This document shows, piece after piece, positions 30,548 through 44,160 of a DNA stretch of 64,000 nucleotides; within the stretch, counting starts at the first letter, position 1; the number at the start of each line of letters is the position of its first letter. Source of the DNA: the human T2T-CHM13v2.0 reference genome, Homo sapiens; assembly GCF_009914755.1 (NCBI RefSeq), contig NC_060930.1; one strand, 5' to 3'. A program made the position numbers and the translations under genes. The notes below the pieces were generated by a model, which saw nothing but the letters and a program-made list of their open reading frames with translations, made no database searches and had not been told where the DNA came from.

Positions 30548-32792
30548 GTAGCGTGCGCACACGCACACACGCCCTTCTTCTAAAACAGGTGGTTTAGGCA
30601 AAAGGCTACTGACAGCCTGGCATCTCTCTGGTGAGGCTGCGATAACTGGGACTTCCTTGTACACGTTCCTCTGTGGGGTGTGGCACAGCATCAGCCTTTG
30701 AGTTGCTACTCCTGGGGATTCCTGGCAGTGCATGACTTTGAGGGAAGTGAGGCGAGGATTCCTGCCCTCTGTTAAGCCATCCTCATTCATGTTCTCCCCT
30801 AATCAGAGCTGCATTTCTCTGTGTGTGTTTTTCAGATTTGAGTCCTGCTTTCAAAATATAAATATTCTAACTTAGTTACCCATTCATGCCTTAGCAGGAT
30901 ATTTAAAGGGATAAGATCTTGGAGACCCAGAGGATTGGAGACAGAGAAGGAGGGGAGGCAGCAGCCAATATGCCTGCTCCAAGAGTGCCCAGGACAAGTC
31001 CTGAGTGGTGCCTCAGTTTTGTGGGGGCCCAGACTCACACCCCCAAAGCTCCCAGCTCTGGCAGATGCAGCTGTCAGTACAGCCTAGCTGAGAGCAGGCC
31101 TGGGCTGGGAGAAGACACTGGAGGTCAACACATGGCTCTTTGTGCACTTTGTTGGCTTCTCTGCTGGACTCAGCTGGACTCAGCTGGAGGTGACGCTTGG
31201 TGACCAAATACAGCACCGCGTCTCTGAGTAAGCCCAGCTCAGGAATGCAGGATGAAGGGGGGCTGCTCTCACTTGCCCAGGGAGAGGCCTTGTGGAGGAA
31301 TCAGTAAGTCAGCAAGTATTTGTTGAGCATCTATTATGTGCCAGGTGTAGGCTAGTCCTTGTGAATAAAGCCACAAATATCATCATTCTCTGTGGGTCCT
31401 AGAAACCTCTTAGCTCACAGGATGCCACACAGTCAGCCCCAGGCAGGCAGGCATCACAAGGCATCCCTGGGAGGCTGGGCTGGAGCATGAGAAGCTGAGG
31501 TAAGAGGGCTGGAGTTTGAGTAGAGGAAGTGGACACCTGGCCTGCGCTCCTCCCAGGCGGCTCAGGCTCAATGACCTTGCCGCCAAGCATCCGCTGTGCC
31601 CAGCTTCCGCAGGTGTCAGATTAACCTGGCTTCTGAATTTTTTTGGATCACAACTCTATACGCTGCCTACTCAGATCTTATTTTCCGCTCACATAATAAT
31701 AATGTCTCCCAACAATTAAAAAAAACAAACAGAAAAAACCTGAGTCCCAGCGAACTCTGGAAAATCAACCTGTAACAATATACATTAGTTACACCCGGAA
31801 CTCCATCAGACTGTGAATTTGTCAGTCTATTTTAGGGGCTGCCTACACACCTTATTTCTATTTCTGTAAAATTGGAATCAACCCTGCTCCACAGGATTTT
31901 CATGAGGATTAAATGAGATAATTGACTTTAAGCTCAGGGCTTGGAGTATGGTTAGCCCTTGACAGAATGTAGTCAATAAGATAATTAATAATTCTATTTG
32001 ATAGAGTTACTAATAAAAATTGCTATATTCCCAAGGAGGGCAGAACCGAAGGAGAGGGCCACCCAGAGAATTTCTGAATTGATGTAAGATTTTCTTGATA
32101 GAGCCAGATATGACCGGCTTGCCCACTTCAGGGATTTCCAGGGGTACAAAACCAGCTGGCTGCTGAAATGACGCACTTGCAGGCCATTGTTTTCTTATAA
32201 GGTGTGTGCAGTTTGAATTGGGGGAGAAAAAGCATTCCTTGTTCATGTTCCGGGAAAACTGAAATAGAGCAGCAGATCTTGATTGTCTGGACAAAGCTCA
32301 CTCCCTTATCCATTCCCCACACTCCTGACCCCACCCCAGGGAGGAATATCTTCTGAAACCCCCTTTCTTTTAGAAAAAAGGATGGAGGGTTGGAGAGAAT
32401 CCTGTTAACCCTGGCTTGGAGAGCAGTGGATTCTAGAGGTCCCTGGGAGGCGGTGGACCAAGCAGGGCTTCCATGGGCCTCAGCTGAATTAAAGGAATGT
32501 GGGCCCCGCAACCTCAGGCAGGAGCAAGGCAGGGCCACTCCACAGACAGGTGTCTGCTTTACCTGGAAGGCAGGGCCAGCGCACGGTGACCTGGTCTGTC
32601 TCCTGCTGACACTCTCTCAAACCCCTGACCCTGAGCAGCCAGGTGGGTGTGAAAGTCAGGGCCCTGTGAGGTCTCCAGCCACCCTGAGCGCCTGCCTGGA
32701 CTTGAAGGCTTTGGCCCGAGCATTCAACGTTTGGCTTTGAACTTGACTGCCTTTGTCTATGATGATGAGTCTGACATACCTTTGCCTTCATG

Positions 32793-32933
32793 TCAAATAT
32801 GTACTATAAACGTGAATGCTGGGAAGAGTTTTAATAGTTTGAGCCTGACCCTGTATGTTCATTAGAAAAGAAGATGAAAAGAGAAGAAAGGGGCTTTGAG
32901 ACCCCCTTTTCTTTTCATTTCAGCAGGAGCAGC
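32793..32933 (+). repeat. Local direct repeat B, copy 2
   Basis: Matches 30407-30547 at offset 2386. Confidence 0.95.
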
Positions 32934-33854
32934 CCAGCACCTGGCTGGTCTGGACAGTGGAGCATGTCATATGTGGGTTATGAATTTGACCATAATGTTG
33001 CTGCTTTTTTTTTCTCAATTTTTTTTCTACTAGTATTTACTAATGACCAACTGTGTGTCAGGCACTGCTCTGGGCACCAGAGGATGCCTGGCCCTGTGAC
33101 GTCCCTGAGAGAGCTCACACTGTCTGGGCCCAGTGGCTTCCTTAGTACTGGGCATCTGTTGCACTCTTACCCCTTGGTGAGACTCCCAAAACTTAGCTTC
33201 CTGCCTTTCTTTTAAATATTAATTCTGAGGCAGACTATGAAGCAAGTGGCTAATGTTCCCATGTGGCTGATCAACTGGTTATAAGGAAAGTTCCCAAAGA
33301 ACAGCTCCAAAATAATCCAAGCAGTGATGACCAGGTTTGAATGAGCCTGTAGCCATCTGTGCTGACTCCCAGGAAGGACCTGTTTATTTAGAGGCAGGAG
33401 TTCTGGCCTGTTTGCCAATAAGCAGAATGACAGCTGAGCCTCATTGCCTCGTTAGTCACACCTTGTCCAGGTCAAAGCCCCTCGCTCTGTGTGCCCTGAA
33501 GGACTCGATGGTGGAGCTGGAGGCTTCTTTCATAGGACGACATTTCCACCTGTCATGTGCTGATCATTAGCTGGCACTGAGAAATCTCTGTCATATACTT
33601 TTAAATTGTAATCATATTTTAATATCAGGATTGGGTCTAGACTTAATTTAAGTGATGTCTTCAATGTATTCTTTCCTTGATAAGTGATAGATTGAGAACA
33701 CAAATAAGCTACTCGTCTTCTTTTTACCCTGAGCACTACCCTGGCAATGAGGTAAAAACCAAAGCTCATTGAATGAGTGGCTGAATCATATATGAAGGAG
33801 AGACTGTGCCCATTAAACTCATTTTGCATAGAAGTTTTAAAAATAACATTTACT

Positions 33855-34100
33855 GGGCAGGAGGATTGCTTGAGGCCTGGAGTTGAGACCAGCCTGGGCA
33901 ACATAGCGAGACCCCATCTTGACAAAAAAATTTTAAAAAATAGCTGGGCATGGTGGTGCCTACCTGTAGTTCAGCTACTCAGAGGCTGAGGTGCAGGAGG
34001 ATCACTTGAGCCCAGGAGTTCGAGATTGCAGTGAGCTATAATTGTGCCATTGCACTGCAGCCTGGGCGACAAAGCGAGACCCTGTCTCAAAAAGAAAAAA
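33855..34100 (+). mobile_element. 5'-truncated AluJ
   Basis: ggaggattgcttgagg...gggcaacatagcgagacccc...gagctataattgtgcc (J diagnostics). Confidence 0.9.
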
Positions 34101-34194
34101 GGCATTTAGTTGTGTTATTAGGTATTCAAATTGAATTAGTAATTCAAATGAACTCCAGAAACATTTAAGATAAGCAAAAAGAAGAAAATAATTG

Positions 34195-34323
34195 TTCACA
34201 TGTTTAGCATGACCCTGCCAAATCCCCCTCTCCCAGAAACACCCAAGAATGATCAATAAATACTAAAAAAAAAAAAAAAAAAAAAGATTCCAATAAAAAT
34301 TAACATTATTTCAAAAAAAAAAA
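34195..34323 (+). mobile_element. Extremely 5'-truncated SVA (SINE-R 3' end, SVA_A/B-like) with probable 3' transduction
   Basis: atgaccctgccaaatccccctctcccagaaacacccaagaatgatcaataaatact-A21 is the SVA terminus; 13-bp TSD aagaaaataattg at 34182-34194 and 34324-34336. Confidence 0.88.
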
Positions 34324-36164
34324 AAGAAAATAATTGCCCTTATAAAGCAATCCTTTCCTACTGTTTTCTAGGTTTCTCTGGGATGTACATGTGCACGTGT
34401 GACTTTGTGCCTGTGCCTGAGTGTCATCTGAGTGCATATTTCTCTTGCATCCTGTGTTGAGTTTAAGCGGGACCTAGATGTGGGTACCTGAGCCAGGTTG
34501 GGGAGGCTTGCCAGACACCTGTTTGCATGAGGAACAAGACAGGCATGTGCTGGGAACTCACCCTGAACATAGGCAGGCCCAGGTGTGTATTTGACCCAGT
34601 GAGGGAGTGGCTCTGTGGGTACTGGGGAAGCCCAGTTTCGGTCCTTGTAGCCTGAGTTAATGTCTCTTGGTGATTTCTTTCAGAAGGGCTAGGTGGGAGG
34701 CACATTCTGGGCTGGGGACGGTGTGAGGGATCAGGGTGCCTGGGAAGTGCACAGGGTGATGTAAGATTCACAAAGAAATGAATGAGAGATGGTGCTGTGT
34801 TCAAAAACGCATGCGTGAAACAAGAAGGCTCATGCATGCGGGAGAGAGGAGAGCACGGCAATGTGGAGCTGTCTGCTGGGGTGGTCAAGGCCCTTCTCTC
34901 CTGGGTGAGGTTCCCCATCTCCTATTGCCTGTGGGCCCTGGAGATCCCTGAGCACTGTGGCAGAGAGTGCTGAGTGATGGTCCTGCTGGAAGATGTGGCC
35001 AGATCTATAAAACAGGCCAGGCTAAGCAAAGGCTTTGAATGTGAAGACGTGACCTACAGCTTCCAGAAAAGTAAGGCTTGGCTGCTGCCACATTTCACTT
35101 GAAAAAGACAAGAAGTTCAGGTTGCCACATAAGCCAACAATGGACACTCAGTTTCAACCCTGCTTTGATAGGATCATGTCCCCAAGACCCCCCAATAATA
35201 GCAACCTGGGGTGAGTTGCCTCACCTCATTAGGCCTCAGCATTCTCATCTATGAAATAAAACTTGGAATAAATGTTCTTTAGTCTTTTTTCCACTGGAAA
35301 GTTTGTTCCTCCCCTTCTCCCAACCCCTCCTCATCTCCTAGGCCTCATTTTCCACACAGCTCTCCTAGGCCCCCCTCAGCTGACCTTGGAAATTCTTCCT
35401 GGGGACCTCGGTCAAAGGGAGAGTTGCCAGAAGCTTGGAGGTCTACCACCCCCACAAAGAATGAAAATAGGGTGTTGTGTGGAAAGAGAGGAGGAGGAGG
35501 AAAGTAATTAAAGTTAATTATGGAAATAACAAGTTAGAAAGATACCCTAAGAGGAGAAAAATCCAGCCCCCATTGCTTGGTGGGTGAGGAAGTCATTCTG
35601 GTTTGGAAGTCCAAGTCCCCTAGAGAGGTTTGGGGGTGACTAGGGAGGGTCAGAGAGCAGCCTTGAGGTTTTTATTTTAAGCCACAGTGGTATCACCAAT
35701 TGTTTGAAGGATTGCAGACCAGGGTAGAATAATATTTACAAAGCCAGCTGGGTAAACCCCATGTTGGCAGCCTCATTCCTCTGAAACCGAGGCCACTTCT
35801 AGAATTCCCTTTTCTCAAGTACAAGGAAAGAGGAAAGTTTTTATTTCAGTCATAAGTGGATTAAAAATACATTAAACACAAATTGCTAGAGCATATTAAT
35901 CACCGATAATCAGTTCATTGATGTCTTATTGCTGCAGAGATATTTTAAGAAAGGGAGGACTTTAGTGATAACCTAGACTTAGTTGTAGAAACTTTTCTTA
36001 AAATGAAACAAGATGTGGGCAGTCACAAAAAAGCAGATAGAGCAGCTCTGGTGAGGCCCAGCACACAGGACCCCACAGCAGGGACCAAGGCTTGTCTGGG
36101 GAATCTGTAGACCTAGGTTAAGCTCAGTTCCAAACTTACTTGTGTAGCCCACCCCTCTCATTGA

Positions 36165-36439
<275 letters not shown>

Positions 36440-37044
36440 TAAATCTGGCGTGAGCTCTGGTGGTTAAATCTGTTCAGACCCTCAGGCAGGAGGCCTGGGT
36501 AAAGTGATGAGTTGAGTCTTCTTTAGCCCCCTGCAACAGGGACTTGGCAGCTGTTCCCAGAAGAGTTCACGGGCATGCCACAGTCCTGGGTGGGGAAGGA
36601 CACAGGTGAAATAGGAATACTCTAGGAGACCAAGGACATGAGTGTGGTCTGGGTCATTCCTGGCCTGCGTCTGTGAGTCTTCCTTTCTATTTTCACTCCC
36701 CAAGCCAGGACTTTCTCCCTCTGCTCTTACGAGGAGCACGGCTGCAGCCGCTAACTCACCTCCTTGCCTCACACACCTCTGGTTCCTTCTTCTTATTGTC
36801 ACCAAAGAAACTCTGCAGCAACAGAAATCTCAAAACAAATCCATAAGCCAAAAATTAACAGTTATGCTTGTGGGGGGAGAGAGAGAGAGTCCTTTGATGC
36901 TGCCACATTGCCTATGCCATAAAGCTGAGATTCCTCAGCATGGTGGTCGATCGTGTCCTTCAAAATCTGACTCATCTAAACTCCAGCTTTGTGGGATCCC
37001 CTGCTGTGTGTGGAACACACCATGCTGTTCCCCATCTCTGTGAT

Positions 37045-37370
37045 GGTGTTCATGACCTTCCCTCTGCCAATAATGCCCTTCCAGCTTCCTTAGTGAGTCT
37101 CCATCCTGCTTCCATACTTAGCACAAATGTTTCTTCCACTATGAGCCCTTAGCAGAGATGAACGTTCTTTCTTCTGTGTTTCCACTTAGGGTGTACATAA
37201 TCCTCCTCCATACCAACCATTTTTACTCTAATTATCTCTTTCTATGGCTGCCTTACTCCCCAGACAGGAGTGCCATCCGTTATGGCCAGTGTTCTACGAT
37301 CCTGTATCTACAGTGCCTAGAATATGGCAGATGCTTACCAAAAAATACGTTTGTTGAACAAATGAATAGT
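37045..37370 (+). mobile_element. L2 3' fragment
   Basis: ccttccctctgccaataatgccctt...cagtgcctagaatatggcagatgctt...tttgttgaacaaatgaat. Confidence 0.6.
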
Positions 37371-40004
37371 CATCTCTGTTATAAAGCCAACACAGATACA
37401 CTCAGGGATTTCTATGTTTTTTTTTTTTTTTTTTTTTTCAAAAAAAAATGACAGAATCATGTTTTACCTTCCATATCTTTGCTTTTGCAGCAGAATTTAA
37501 AGATTACCAGTTTATCAAGGACAAGAACAAAATGAGCTCGTGACACACAACCTCCCAATGGTTGGACCAGGCCATTGGGTTCAGATATATGTGTGTTCCT
37601 GTGTCTATGTGTCCTTACATCCATGCATGCTTGTGTGTATATGGGTGGTGTGTGTGTGTGTGCATGTTTGTGTGTGCATGCCTTTTGCTGCCTGGGAATG
37701 CTTTTCTTTTAAGATATTCTTGGCATTTTGTTTCTTCTAGGGCCCTTTCCCTATTTTTGGTAGAGGAAGTTTCCATTTTCATTTTTGCTTGGCCTTATTT
37801 TTCCCATATGGAATGTTTCTCTAGACCTTCATAAACTGGATTGTTGGCAGTGAACTTCTTCTAACCCTTTCAAACTAGTAATTGGGTAGAGAGAATTAAA
37901 AATTCCACCAAGTTTAAATATACATATATGAAATCTATAGCCTCTTCCAACCCTTCTTAATGGGAATAAATGAAAAACTCTATTTTTTTCCACAGGAGAC
38001 AAAAAACAAAATGAAGATACAGCTATTTTTTCCCGATTGTTTTTCATTAGAAAATGGATATGTGAAGGAGTGGCGGTTAAGAACTGAATTGTGGGCCAAA
38101 AAACTTTTTAATATTCCTATGTGACTGTAACTCTGTAAGAGGACAGAGCTAAAATCGGCAGTTTCTTCTGAGTACTGCATGAAACTGACATCCTTGGGCT
38201 CCATTTAGCGCTGGTTCATAGAAGCACAGCACATGGGTTTGAGAAAGAACTCAAAGGAACAGTAAAGAGACAGAGACTCAGCATCCAGGGGAAAGAGGGA
38301 GAGAAGAGGCCAAATAACCTCCAGGCAGGAGGCCAATTTCTGCAGCTAACTACTTTATAGTTCCCCCTTTGGCCTTCGTGTGGCCCATGGTGCAGTTAAA
38401 ATGATCAGGGACATTTTCATGAAGTAGTCCTTTTCCATGCAGAGACACTCAGAGCTGTGCTGGAAAGTCAGAGGCTATAGGAGCAAAGTGACAGTCGTAG
38501 CTTTGTTCACCAACTAGCAGCGCAGTGCATGAGAAATCCTCAAGATGCGTGACAACTCTGTCTCCCCCACTCCATGAAATCTGGAACTTAAGGGAACCCC
38601 AAATAACATGGGCAGAAGCATGTCAAGTGTAGCTGCAACAGATAATGGATTTTCTTGATTTCTTTTGATTTCAGAAGGGGGAGCCTTACCTTGCCCTCTT
38701 CTTGCATGAGTTCCATCTATGGAAATGTGTTCATATTCATCTCCTTTTACCTCAAAATAGACCCAATTGAAGTGGCAACTTCTGGATCTGGCCTGGTGAG
38801 AGGAATTGGCTTTAATGGTTTTTTTTTTTTTTTAACTTTGGAATCTAAAAACAAGAAAATGAACCCTGCTGTCACCGAGGCCCCTCCAATATTACCCTTC
38901 AAGGCTATTTTCCATTACTCAGTGAAAAAGGAATGGAAATGTATTTTGTTAGTAAAGGAAGATTGATGAGATTTTAAACTCTATTTGCAGATTTGTAATA
39001 GTCTTCCAAAAATCCCTGTGCTCAAAGTAAAATTATGGTTTTCTTCCCTGTGACCTGTTTTGACAGAATCAGAGAAGGTTATGGCTGGATGAAACCTTAG
39101 AAATCAAACAAATCCCTCATTTACAAATGAGGAAACTAAGGTCCAGAGAGGTTAAGCCCAAGGACACTAAGCTAGTTAGTGGACCTTGAGAGAGAATGAA
39201 GAGTTGCATTTTCTTTCCAAGGAGGGCCTGATGGCTCCATTTTGTGGGTGTGCATTGCAAGTGCTTTTGTGTGGTGACACCAGAACTTTTTAGCAGAAAA
39301 GGAATTCTTTGAAATGTGAAGCCAATTCTCTCCCTGCCAAGATACTTAAAAAGCAACAGCAATGAGCTAGGACATCTGTCTATCATTGGGAATTTGGGAG
39401 GCAAATATTTTCACAGAACCTAAGTGTTCAAACAAACACGAGTAGCAAATATGGTCTCAACTCCAGCTGAGCCATTAAAACTTGGGCAAAAGAAGCAAGG
39501 GAAAATGGAAATAGAGGGTGGATAGGAAATCCAGGGCTCCAGGATTCATGTATGAATTACATGAAAAATGAAGTTTGAGTCATTCAAAAATACATGAAGT
39601 CCTGCACCATGATCCCATAATTGTTGGTTTCAAGGAAAGAATATGAATTCATAAGTCTCCCTTTGGAACATAGGTTCATGGTGAGGAATTGGCAGAGCTG
39701 GCCTATACTTACAGGATTGGGCAACCTGAGCCAGGAAGAGTGCTGCTTTTCCCCTGAAGGGCAGGGGTGGGCTCAGAATTGTCAGGGGGCATGAGCTGGA
39801 CCTGCAGGTTCTAAAATAGCTTTTAGCTGGACTTGACTGGGAAGGGGGGACCTCGTCAGGGAAAGGTTATCAATGGGAAAAATGCCGGGATGGGAGCAAG
39901 TATGGCAAGGCCAAGCCATTAGCCTGAAGTAAGACAAGGGTGAGGTGAGGGCTGCAACACAGAGCATGGGCTTAGGTCTGTTCCATTCATGGGGAGTTAG
40001 TGGG

Positions 40005-40651
40005 TGATATGGTTTGGCTATGTCCCCACCCAAATCTCATCTTAAATTGTAGCTCCCACAATTCTCATGAGTCATGGAAGGGACCCGGAGGGAGGTAGCT
40101 GAATCATGGAGGTGGGTCTTTCCTGTGCCATTCTCATGATAGTGACTAAGTCTTACGAGATCTGATTTTTTTTTTTTTTTGAGACGGAGTCTCGCTGTGT
40201 CCCCCAGGCTGGAGTGCAGTGGCACAATCTTGGCTCACTGCAAGCTCCGCCTCCCGGGTTCATGCCATTCTCTTGCCTCAGCCTCCCGAGTAGCTGAGCC
40301 CGGGTAATTTTTTGTATTTTTAGTAGAGATGGGGTTTCACCATGTTAGCCAGGATGGTCTCGATCTCCTGACCTTGTGATCCACCCATCTCGGCCTCCCA
40401 AAGTGCTGGGATTACAGGTGTGAGCCACTGCGCCCGGCCGAGATCTGATGGTTTTATAAGGGGTAGTTTCCCTGCGTAAGTTCTCTCATTTTCTCTTGTC
40501 CGCCACCATGTAAGATGTGCCTTTCACCATCCGCAGGATTGTGAGGCCTCCCCAGCCACATGGAACTGTGAGTCCATTAAACCTCTTTTTCTTTATAAAT
40601 TTCTCAGTCTCAGATATGTCTTTATCAGCAGTGTGAAAATGGACTAATACA
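40005..40651 (+). mobile_element. THE1B-like MaLR solo LTR interrupted by AluY
   Basis: tgatatggtttggctatgtccccacccaaatctcatc ... atcagcagtgtgaaaatggactaataca; TSD gtggg/gtgga. Confidence 0.9.
40167..40439 (-). mobile_element. AluY with short internal deletion, nested in THE1B
   Basis: caagctccgcctcccgggttcatgccattctc and gttagccaggatggtctcgatc; TSD gagatctgat at 40157 and 40440. Confidence 0.93.
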
Positions 40652-42315
40652 GTGGAAAAAGGCGAGGTGGGGACAGGTAAATCAGGCTTTTGACTTTAAG
40701 ACTTCAAGTGCTTTTCAGATGAGAGATGTGTTAAGGGGAAGGTCTTCCATCCCAGAGCAATCCTTTAATCATCCTCATACACCTTCCCAAAAGGTGTGCC
40801 ATGACCACAGGGTGGCCAGGAAGGCTCCCTCTAGAACTGGTGAAAATGGGAGCCCTTTGGGAGCAATATCCTCTGAACCTGTTATACCCTCTAGGGTATG
40901 AATGGAGTTTTGACACAACAGGTATTGACATAAACCTGATTCTCCTCTTCTTTGCATGGAAAAGCTGTGCTCTTTGTAGCCAGAGGAGCAGAATTCTTTA
41001 CTACCCCTTTCAAAATATTCTTGCCTAGATATGAGAGGATCATCTCATCTTCACTAAAAAGTTAAAGTGAGTAGCAAACTTAGTGTTCAGGCTTATATGG
41101 GGAATATAAAATAGCCTACATGGTTGACTTGAATAACTTCCTAAAAAAATAGCTTCACCTGGTACAACAGTTACTGGAATCCCATCATTAGGGGTACATT
41201 CTTTAGCATCCACTGTAGCCCGAACACTGCAGCTCTCTTTTAAAATGCAAAATACTGCTGGGAATAAACAACACATAAAATCATTATCTTTTCAGTGTAA
41301 ATTAATTCACTAGTTCAGGGGCTCAGGGAGGAATGACAGCTGTTGGTGAGGACAGCTCTTGGTGAGGACTGGAGAGGAAGGAAAACTGAGAGGTTAAAAG
41401 TAAGGGGCAATGTTTGAGAGGGGAGAAGACACCACAGGTATATTGATTTTCCCATCACGGTAGAGGACAGTCCTGGGAATCAGTGTCACTTATCTGGTTT
41501 TGATAAAACACAGAAGGACATGAGCAAACTCAGATGCCAGGTAACATCTTTTGTGTCCAGGGAAAGGCCCAGAAGACAGAAGCTGGTCCTCCCGGTGGGT
41601 TGCACTTTCATTAAACAGAGTCACCGTGCATTCACACAGTAATCTACACTTTCCAATGTACTTCCATAATTGATATTTTACTCCCTCCCCAGAGTACTGT
41701 GATGGAGTAGGCAGTAGCACTATGAGAGCAGCAAATTTTATGGAAGATGAAACTCAGCGGCTCAGGGAGGTTAACTGACTTTCTTGACGTCATAATGTCA
41801 GAGGTTCCCTGACCACCTTGATGGATTCCTAGGAGATTTAAGGATGAAACTGGTGGTGGTGGGGTCCATAACTCACTGAAATGATACTTAAAATTTGCTT
41901 TTTGCAGGTGTGTACATGCAATTTTATTGAAGAGATTTTCACCACATTCTCAAAGTAGTCATTGAACATCAAAAGCTTAAGACCTCCAGGCTTTTCAGTG
42001 TGTAACTGGAGAGGTATGGAAAAAACTGGCCAACCACAACCCTTGTGGGAAGAGAGTGGGGCCCACATGTGAAGTAGAGAGTTCAGGATGAGAGTCACAG
42101 TCCCTCTCTGCCCAACGTAGCTTAAAAGGCCCTTTCACCAGCAGCAGCGATATCACTATGTCACTACACAGCCATCAAACTTCCATCTTCATTACTTGTT
42201 CAGAGGACCCTACATGGGAACTCTCCCAGTGCTCACACACCTGCCTGGTACAGTGACAGCATTCCATCACATGTGAGCCTAACTTTAAGAAAACCAGATT
42301 ATAAAAAATCATTTA

Positions 42316-42619
42316 GCCTCTAGTCCCAGCTACTCAGGAGGCTGAGGCGCAAGGATCACTTGAGCCCAGGAGTTCTGGGCTGTAGGACGCTATGCTGGTT
42401 AAGCATCTGCACTAAGTTCAACATCACTATGATGACCTCCCAGAAGCAGGGGCCACCAGGTTGCCTAAAGAGGGGTGAGCCAGTTCAGATCAGATACAAG
42501 CAGTTAAAACTACTGTGCTGATGAGTAGTGGGACTGCACCTGTGAATAATCACTGCATTCCAGCCTGGGCAACATAGCAAGACCCCATCTCTGAAATAAA
42601 TAAATAAAAATGATAAATT
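42316..42619 (+). pseudogene. 7SL (SRP RNA) processed pseudogene, RN7SL-P type
   Basis: Retains the S domain absent from Alu (ttctgggctgtag...tgcactaagttc...ccaccaggttgcctaaagagggg...aaaactactgtgctgat); A-rich tail; TSD taaaaaatcat(t/g)ta at 42302 and 42620. Confidence 0.93.
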
Positions 42620-42768
42620 TAAAAAATCATGTAAAGGATAAATATGAGAGTGGGGTAGTTTTCTACTTTACAAAATGATGCAACATATTTTTCTGAAGCA
42701 GTTTTAGGTATAAAGTGTTAGTTTATAGGATTATCATGCCTGTAGCTTACTTAGAAATATTTGACAGT

Positions 42769-43053
<285 letters not shown>

Positions 43054-44160
43054 AGAAATACTTGATAGTATCTAGTGTGATACTATGTGTGTTACTTTAG
43101 CTTAGGTGAACTTCATGTGCCAATCAAGAACGCCTCTTATGGGGTGACCAGGCAGGATTACATCAGAAAGGCCAGACACGTCTTTTACAAGCCCTCCTTG
43201 TTCAACAACCATTACTTTGCTGATTCTTACATAAGGTGTAAACAATAGGTTTTTATTGATGAAATTCGTGTCTTGGTAGTTAGTTTTCACTGGCAAAATT
43301 AAAGGAATTCAAGATGCATAGATTAGAGCTTAGAGGTCCTCCTTCCTTCTTGACTGAAGAGGACCTCAGAATGCACTCAACCATGGATCTGTTCCCTTTG
43401 AGGATATTTTCTTAGCTTGAGCCCCAGTTAGTCTTACAGCCATTGGTTAAGAGATGAGATAATGCAGATGGCAATGTTTTGCAATGTTTTGCATCTTGCT
43501 GAGAATTGTTGCTGTGTCTGTGGTGAGCAGACCTTTTATAGGATATGCTTGGAGCACCTAAACAGAGAGCTGAGAGCTGGGACTCCAAGTTTACAGGACT
43601 GCTTGATGAACTGTTCTGAGCTTGTTTTGGTCAGGGACTTGCTTTTTTTTTTTTATTACCTGCTAACAAGGTGGTAGAGGAAAACTAATTATTTGCCCAC
43701 TCCGATTTTCTTGAAGCCCACTGCGATCTACCAAACCAAAGCAAACCAAACTCCCAAAGTTGGCCATGACCAAATTAAAATTAAATACTTTGTGGTAATG
43801 TTATTTTTCAGAGGGTCATTAATCATACACATGTAATGTAGAATTTGCCTACGTGGATTCTCAACATTTTTTTACTCGAGAGATAGCATGAGGGAAAAGG
43901 CTACCATGGAAGAGGACTGAGGAAGAGGATTTCTTCCTCCAAAGAGGTTTAGGAAGAGGAAACGAAAGGCAAGTTCAAGAAGACAGCTCGGGGTGAAGGT
44001 CCTGGTGAGGATTTCAGAGTGTAGATGAAGATCTCACCTAAAGCACTGGTGGGGAGTCCAGAGGGATGGGTTCCTTGTCTCTGGAGGGAAAGAATGAAAG
44101 CATTGGAAAGACATGCACTCCTCCCCTATAGAAGAGTTGGAGAAAGAAAGGGACAACTTC

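Noticed and set aside
34195-34264. Alternative call as HERV-K LTR5 fragment
   Set aside because: Poly(A) directly after aataaatact, a long TSD and the ccctgccaaatcccc variant fit L1-mobilised SVA rather than an LTR.
37417-37448. T22-C-A9 abutting homopolymers
   Set aside because: No TSD or element body; most simply a slippage-expanded mononucleotide run.
41040-41276. Minus-strand ORF with plausible-looking peptide ESCSVRATVDAKECTPNDGIPVTVVP and possible splice sites
   Set aside because: No recognisable family, weak donor (CAG|GTGAAG) and no partner exons.
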